A stretch of DNA of 14,612 nt from Amoeboradix gromovi X-113 (Eukaryota; Fungi; Sanchytriomycota). The stretch spans positions 1-14,612 of the forward strand of contig JADGIF010000208.1 of the NCBI GenBank assembly GCA_018985225.1, written 5' to 3'. A program made the translations under genes and the position numbers. Positions 8,201 through 14,612 of this stretch are shown one piece after another (position 1 is the stretch's first letter; every line of letters starts with the position of its first letter). Below the pieces are notes generated by a model that did not search any database, was not told where the DNA came from, and worked only from the letters and a program-made list of their open reading frames with translations.

Positions 8201-11200
8201 GCTGGACGCTCTGCTGAATATATTGTGCATATTGCATGAAATACTGCTGATCTTCTGGTGATATTCTACCAGTCTTATCATTGGCCATTTCTTTGCACAA
8301 CTGCATCGTAACATTTGTTAGCTTTGCGATTTCTGCAGTTGTTAGCGCTATCTCTTGAGGTGTCTTAGAATTGGCTAACTGCTCTATCTTTTCTCTCAAC
8401 TTGTTTTTGTAAGAGTCCTGTAATCCAACATCTACAAGTCCAGGCTCACCTGGTATTGTGTCAAAATCACTCAAGGCAATCATCATGATAGATTTGCTAA
8501 TTAATCCAGCGAGTTCTACAGCTATGGCCTCGGTGTCTTTACTTGTAGTCTCCAATTGCTGTTTAGTAGTGAGTGGTTGCTCTAATGTCTTTACTAACTT
8601 ATTTATACTGTTAACTAACGACTTCACCACATCTCCGTATTGCTCATTCTGCACTGATGATATTTGATTAGCATTTTTGATCATTTCCAGACACTTCTCT
8701 ACAGTTTGCTTTAGAGTTATCTGAACGCCGTTATCCACAGTTTCTTCCCTATTTCCTGCATTACTGATAAGATGCAACAATTCTTGAACCTGGGTGTTCA
8801 GCATGCTATTAACATTACTCATCTGCTCCTTCAAATCCGAATCGTCAATTAAAGTACTGCTTTGCCTTTTACTACATGCAAAGACTGCGCTTGTTGAGTC
8901 ACTAATATCTTTCAACAATGCATACAATTGTTTCTGCTCATCAGGGCTCAGTTCACCGGATAGCGATAGACAACTGCTTGTAAGCTCACCTTGATGTTTA
9001 GCAAAATCATTCATAAGTCTTAGCAACTCGTGGAACGGTAGTTGTTTACTATTCAGTAAAACATTGTAAGCATTACTCATTTGGGTGGCACTTTGGAATA
9101 CGTTAGCTACGCTTCCCTTGCTAGCGCCATTGTTTGCGTTGGCTTGGTTACCTAAATTTCTCAATGATTCCTCCAACAACTCGATTGTTTGGAGTAGTTG
9201 TAGCTGTTCTGGTAGATGTGATTGTAGCTTACTCATTTGTGCTGCAAACTGGTTGATCTCTGGTTGCATCAATCCATGTTTCTTATTTAGTTGCCTTTTT
9301 GCTATTTGTATGACTTCTATACAAGGCCTCAATGATGCCTCTAATTCTGACAGCAGCTGGTTCACGTTTGAATCTACAGTATCGCTGTTCCACCTCTCTA
9401 ATCCTATTATAGCTGCTATTTGTTTTGTAGCTAAAGTAACTCTGTTAAATGAATTTACAATTTCTACTGCGCAACCGCAAGTACCCTGGTCATTTCCCTC
9501 GTTACTGAATTGTTTTAATTTGATTAATTCTTGTAATGATGTCTTGGCTGCTACTTTTAACTCTTCCTGTAACAAAGACAAATCTCCCAGAACATTTTCC
9601 TTATCCAGCAGTGAAAGATCTTTGCAGATTGCAGTTATTTCATTTAGATGGGTTTGAAATGTGCCCAATGCACCATCAAGTACATGTTCAGGTCCACCTA
9701 TATCTCCAAAACAGCTTATAGTACCCAATGCCGATTGCAACTTGAGAATAGAATCATCTACTCTTTCACTACTATCTACAATAGATTTCTTAATGCTTGG
9801 GTCTCCTATGGTTGCTATTGCTGTCTTTATGGCCTTTGTAAGTGATTCCATAAATTTAATTGAATCTGTAGCATTGTGAATCAGCTTCAGCTGAGCTGCA
9901 ACATTCAGAGGATCGCTATTATGAAGCATAACGCTAGCTGCTAAGTCAGAGTTTTGAAGAAACGTTTTACGGGCAGCTTGCATTAGTTGTTTTTGATTGC
10001 TACTGTTTGTGTTACTCAAAGCAGCACCACTGCACGAGTTTAACAGTGCGCTAGTATTTAATATCAACTTCTGAGCCATTTCAGACAGCGTTTGTAAAGC
10101 AGTCTCTCGGGTATCACCGTTGATTAATTTGGCAGATTGTTGCAATTTTCCAAGTGACTTAAGTACCCCTATTCGCAAATCATCATTATCTGGATCTTTA
10201 GTCCATTTACGAGTCTCTTGTACTAACTCCGATGTTTTTTTGGCCAAATCCTTCGCAGTGTGCTTTAATCTCTCAATTTCTTTGGGATCGTTACTTTGGT
10301 TAATTGAAAGAGTTATTAGCTGAGCCATTTCACTACTAGCAATCGTAATTTCTTTAATTTTGGATAGCAGCAAATCAGGATCATATGAAAGCTGATTAGC
10401 TTGAATAGTGAGTGCTAGCAAATGCTGAATTTTATCGCTTTTGTTTGGGTTGTTAGTATCGCCATCTAAAATAGATATTAATCGATCAATGCTTGATTTT
10501 ACAGACTGACAACTTGTTACAAATGACTCATCTTGTAAATCTTCACTCATTAGCGAGTTACAATGCTCACTGGCTTGTTTTGCAGCATAAATAGCTTGCG
10601 ACGTACATTCCTGAACATCTAGCATTGGTAGCACGACTTTAGATACACTCAGCAAATGTACTGTACCAATCTTTAATAATGCAAGAGCACTTTTTATTTG
10701 ATCCGGAATAGTTGGCAAACCTTCCATCAAGTTGGAAAACTCGACATTAATCTGCTGAGCAGCACCAAGAACATATTGAGCATCTTCTAAACTGCCATTT
10801 TTTAGTCCCAAAGCAGTTATGAGTTCGTCACTGGCATCCGCAACAATCTGAGCAATTTTATACAAATCGCTGTTACTGTTCTCACCTTCTAAAGCTTGCT
10901 GACAAGCCAGCAGCCACTCTGCAGTAGCTGAGCCTATTTTTCTTGTGATTTCTAATATTTTATCAGCGACGCTGGTGTCTTCGGCAAAACAACCAATCAT
11001 TTTAGCCTCTGCTGCTAGTTGGGATAGATTACTGCTAAGTGTATAAATAGCCCCACCCACGATATCCAAGTCTAAGTTATTCTTGTTGAGAACAGTTTGA
11101 TTAAGTAGAATAGCTACGCTTTCAACGTGTTTGACCATTCTAGCATTAATGGCACTAGCATGTTTATTATAAGCATCTTTTTTCCAGTTAGCTGCATCAG

Positions 11201-12713
11201 GATTACTTGAAGTATCCATTGGTTGAATTGCAGAGGGATACTGCAACTCTACGCAGGCCGAATTAATAGCGGCATACCCCGACTGCAAATGTTGCTGCAC
11301 AGCATCGAAAGAGGACATTTCCGCCTGCATGTTTTTTTTATTGTTTGCTATTGACGCAGTCTGGTGTTGGGCATATCCCACTTTTACCACCTGTGCAACA
11401 GTTTGCATTGGTGTTCGAAGTTGGTTAACAGAATTTCCACCAAGTGCTTTAAACTGAGCTTTTTGTTCTTTAAATGAGAGCATATTGGCTTGCTCCATCT
11501 TTGGAGCTCTCTGGATGGATTCAACCATTGCAGACTCCTCAGTGCCTTCATCTATCTTGCGATCACCATCTCTTCTCTTTTTCAGAATTATGTCGATATA
11601 ACCACCAATTAACTGTGATATAACATCACCTTCCGCCGTTTGAACTGTGTAGTAGGCGTCGCTATGATCACCAAAGTCCAATGTAAGCGAGTTAGGTGTA
11701 GCAGCCCATCTTCGTAAGGTCGTTAAAGGCCAAGAATGTATCACTTCCTTTGTACGGACATCAAATCTCATAATTTTCTCTTTAGTAATGCCCATTAAAA
11801 CAGGTTCTAACACACCTTTCTTCTTGGTCTTTTCCTTAACCAAATAAAAAGTAACACCATAAGTACGGAGTGATCTGCTCAACTGAACGTAACGATATTT
11901 GGCATTTAAGTCATTTAATCCACTCAATTTTGAATGCTCACTATAAATACGCTTTTCAACATCCTTAGATTTGAGGTACTCACCAGGTAAGTAATCCTTC
12001 AGTTCTAAAAAGCCGGGCTTGTGCTTGTTTGGATCATGATTACCAGTTTGAACTTGACATTGAATAGCAGCAAACTGAATGGCTTCTTCTAGTGTGCAAG
12101 GATGTTTCTCAGTTATTATTTGATTTCTAGCTTGAGTATATACTAGGTTGAGTTGCACTGGATCATTTCTATCGACGTTTTGATCAGATACATAAAACTT
12201 CTTTTTCAATGTCAGAATATCATCAGCAGTGATTCCTTGTTCACACAAAGCTTGATCAGGGTTTAGCCATCTAAAAGCGCCATCCGTTAAATTGCTGACA
12301 TCCTTGTCTTTATCTTTCTTAAGCTTCTCAGTATCCAAGTCAAGGTCCACACCTATGGAAAACTCTTCAGGGTTGTTTATAGTAAGCTTATCACAACAAA
12401 AATCAACTAACTGCTGAACTGTTAAACTTTCATCAATCAATACAGTTTTCAAAGAGCCATCCAACATCTTTAGTTTCAGTGCTCTGTGTTTCTTTTTGAA
12501 TTCAAGTACGTGATTACTAGGAATGTCATAATAAAACAAAGTTTTTTCCAGTTTTAACCACTTTTTACGGTCTGGATCATAAAGAGCGTGATCTTCCCCA
12601 AGTCCCGTCTCTTCTTTGATCTTTTGTATGATGGTGTGGATTGCTATGTTACCAGGAAATTGCATTGTCTTTGTTTTTCCATGAGAAGTTAAATTTATTT
12701 TCAGTGAAAGCAT
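5233..12713 (-). CDS. TLN: Talin, full length: F0-F3 FERM head, helical-bundle rod, I/LWEQ (THATCH) actin-binding domain and dimerisation helix. Two exons, join(12713..6383, 6362..5233), 2486 aa.
   Basis: N-terminus MLSLKI..KTMQF. F1 KMLDGSLKTVLID. F2 SDQNVDRNDPVQLNLVY and KHKPGFLELKDYLP. F3 RRWAATPNSLTLDFGD..YYTVQT.EG..ISQLIGGYIDIILKK. C-terminal DPNYIAEQELISAANAI, WSDGLVSAAK and EILKMEKELEKARNRLAGMRK. A 20-nt intron joins the 2116-aa and 353-aa ORFs in frame. Confidence 0.96.
6363..6382 (-). other. 20-nt spliceosomal intron in talin (GTATTTTTCAACTGATTTAG), phase 1
   Basis: GT...AG ends and a CTGAT branch-like motif. Removal gives CAC G|CT GAA GGA ACT GCT TTA CCA GAT GAT (HAEGTALPDDVLKCTRDV), running in frame into the I/LWEQ ORF and resembling the talin rod 'TPEDxIRxTK' segment. 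Confidence 0.9.
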
Positions 12714-12800
12714 AGTTCAATGTTACAAAGCGACGTCACCTTTCCATGACAACATGACCTGCTCAAAACTGATAAAAATTCCGCTTTTTAATGATTATTC

Positions 12801-12810
12801 TTTATTTATT
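12801..12810 (-). terminator. Putative polyadenylation signal (overlapping AATAAATAAA) for VMA2
   Basis: AATAAA begins 11 nt after the TGA. Confidence 0.45.
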
Positions 12811-12821
12811 TTAAGTCGTTC

Positions 12822-14280
12822 TCACTTTCGAGCATAGTATAGATCCAAGTACTTTGGGGATATACGATTCAACATTTCTTTTGGAAAGATTCTCAACAAA
12901 CTCCATGCCAAATCTAAACTTTCAATAATAGTTCTTGATTCGTACGGTCCTTGTGCAATAAAAGTCTTTTCAAACTTGTCTAAAAACTCCAATGACAACT
13001 TATCTTCTTGATTCAACGCCTCTTCTCCCACCACAGCCTTCATTGCTGCTGCATCTCTCCCAATAGCATATTTAGCATATAACTGGTTACTTACATCACC
13101 ATGGTCTGCCCTTGTCATTCCTATGTTAAAGTTTGTTACCTTCTCCAATGGCAGACTTCATTAATCTGCTCAATGATGGCAGCACGTTAATAGGGGGATA
13201 AATTTGTCTATTGTGCAATTGACGATCTACATAAACTTGTCCTTCGGTAATATAGCCTGTTAAATCTGGAATTGGATGAGTAATATCGTCGTTAGGCATA
13301 GTCAAGATAGGAATCTGTGTTATAGATCCGTTTCTACCCTCAACTCTACCTGCACGTTCATATATAGTAGCCAGATCAGTGTACATGTATCCAGGATAAC
13401 CACGCCTGCCCGGCACCTCTTCTCTAGCAGCACTAACCTCTCTTAAAGCATCAGCGTAACTAGACATATCCGTAAGTATAACCAAGACGTGCTTCTCTAG
13501 TTGGTAGGCATAGTACTCTGCAGTAGTTAAAGCAAGTCTCGGTGTTATAATACGCTCAATAGTGGGATCATTTGCCAAATTCAAGAAGAGTGTAACTCGT
13601 TCCAACGATCCGTTTTCTTCAAAATCTTGTTTAAAAAAGCGAGCTGTTTCCATATTAACACCCATAGCAGCAAACACGATAGCAAAATTATCTTCATGGC
13701 TGTCGATTACATCCTTTTTCTGCACTAACCCAGCTTGACGGCAAATTTGAGCAGCAATGTCATTATGAGGCAATCCCGCCGCCGAAAATATAGGAATTTT
13801 TTGACCACGGGCAATACTGTTCATCGTATCTATTGCACTTATACCAGTTTGGATCATTTCCTCAGGATAGATACGAGAAAACGGATTTATAGGCTGGCCC
13901 ATTATATCCAAATGATCATCAGCAAAGATTTGAGGACCATTATCTAAAGGTTTTCCGCTACCGTTCAATACTCGACCAAGCATGTCCTCACTTACAGGCA
14001 TTTTTAAGACATCACCAGTAAATGTAGAGTGGCAATGTTTAGAGTCAATACCACTAGTACCCTCAAATACTTGAACGATAGCTTTTTTGCCTTGAACATC
14101 TAACACTTGGCCAGTTCTTTTAGATCCATCCGCCAAGGTTAATTCTACAATCTCACTAAATTTAGCAAATCTCACATTGTCCATAATTACTAAAGGGCCA
14201 TTTACACCACAGATTGTAGAGTAACTGATTCTTGGATTCTTGATATAATCTCGAGTAACTGCTTGAATACGAGGATCCAT
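12822..14280 (-). CDS. VMA2: V-type proton ATPase subunit B. Two exons, join(14280..13140, 13120..12822), 479 aa.
   Basis: Hallmark motifs [70 protein letters not shown] and [26 protein letters not shown]. Removing the 19-nt GT-AG intron joins the two track ORFs and restores the conserved KSAIGEGMTR. First in-frame ATG is at 14280 ([12 protein letters not shown]); the track's start at 14370 is a TTG. Confidence 0.97.
13121..13139 (-). other. 19-nt spliceosomal intron in VMA2 (GTAACAAACTTTAACATAG), phase 1
   Basis: GT...AG ends and a TTAAC branch-like motif. Exact removal gives GAA G|GA ATG ACA (E-G-M-T), matching the conserved V-ATPase B sequence with no gain or loss of residues. Confidence 0.93.
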
Positions 14281-14396
14281 ATACTCCGTTGCTTGGAAAA
14301 ATGATACAAAATTTGTGAAATGAATATTGGGGACATCAAATATAAAAACTGGACTAACTTTCTGTAACAACTTGGAACATTATTTCAGCTTTATTA

Positions 14397-14403
14397 ATTT
14401 ATA
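14397..14403 (-). promoter_or_regulatory. Possible TATA box (TATAAAT) upstream of VMA2
   Basis: About 117 nt upstream of the ATG and just downstream of a GC-richer patch (about 14411-14449). Weak evidence in AT-rich DNA. Confidence 0.2.
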
Positions 14404-14559
14404 GGTTTAAGAGGCGAGTGGACATTCAGCTAGTTGCGGGGTTGACGAGTATAAAAGGAAAATAAATAACTTTTTGTATCGAAATTTCAAAAATAAATAT
14501 TCTGTACAGCTATTCTCTTACTCTTTCATCCAATCCTTATTTCAAATAAAATATCACTA

Positions 14560-14612
14560 TTACTCTGTAAAAACTAGAATAGATAAGAGTAATGATGTTA
14601 GTATAACATTAC
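14560..14612 (-). CDS. Possible 3' end of an upstream gene entering from the window edge (..NVILTSLLLSILVFTE*), with a hydrophobic C-terminus
   Basis: Open frame from the window edge to TAA at 14562-14560, followed directly by TAG TGA. Only 16 codons are visible. Confidence 0.3.
   Translation of the reverse strand, partial: NVILTSLLLSILVFTE

Noticed and set aside
12822-13148. Independent 108-aa ORF or frameshifted VMA2 pseudogene
   Set aside because: It is exon 2 of VMA2. The track's N-terminal residues (MEKVTNFNI) are out-of-frame exon 1 plus intron sequence.
3405-13947. Plus-strand ORFs of 61-190 aa in the track (e.g. 3937-4314, 7474-7917, 9085-9657, 13735-13947)
   Set aside because: All lie antisense to well-supported genes, many start at TTG or GTG, and none has a recognisable motif. 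They are typical antisense shadows.
1022-14280. Alternative genetic code or stop-codon readthrough as the explanation for the split ORFs
   Set aside because: The downstream parts are in different frames, so readthrough cannot join them. Long ORFs are open under the standard code and all three stops end genes.
14281-14370. 30-aa N-terminal extension of V-ATPase B shown in the ORF track
   Set aside because: It starts at TTG and has no similarity to subunit B. ATG 14280 gives a normal N-terminus. The 16-nt GTATCATTTTTCCAAG there lacks the branch motif and would not put ATG 14336 in frame.

Overview
Compact, AT-rich eukaryotic genomic DNA with four tightly packed minus-strand genes. In transcription order they are V-ATPase subunit B (VMA2), a full-length talin (FERM head, helical rod, C-terminal I/LWEQ), a CLC-3/Gef1-type chloride/proton antiporter, and a 736-aa helical protein I do not recognise. 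The V-ATPase B carries fungal-type signature residues. Together with talin, which Dikarya lack, this points to an early-diverging, probably zoosporic or amoeboid, fungus or holomycotan using the standard code (inference). The main observation is that the apparent frameshifts splitting VMA2 and talin are both resolved by ultra-short GT-AG introns of 19 nt (13121-13139) and 20 nt (6363-6382). They share one architecture: GTA...YTRAY-W-TAG, putative branch A at -6, phase 1, with an in-frame stop if retained. This suggests a spliceosome adapted to tiny introns. Intergenic gaps are 108, 40 and 181 nt, and each gene has AATAAA within about 32 nt of its stop. Bases 1-1021 have no long ORF but include a possibly structured element at 864-975.
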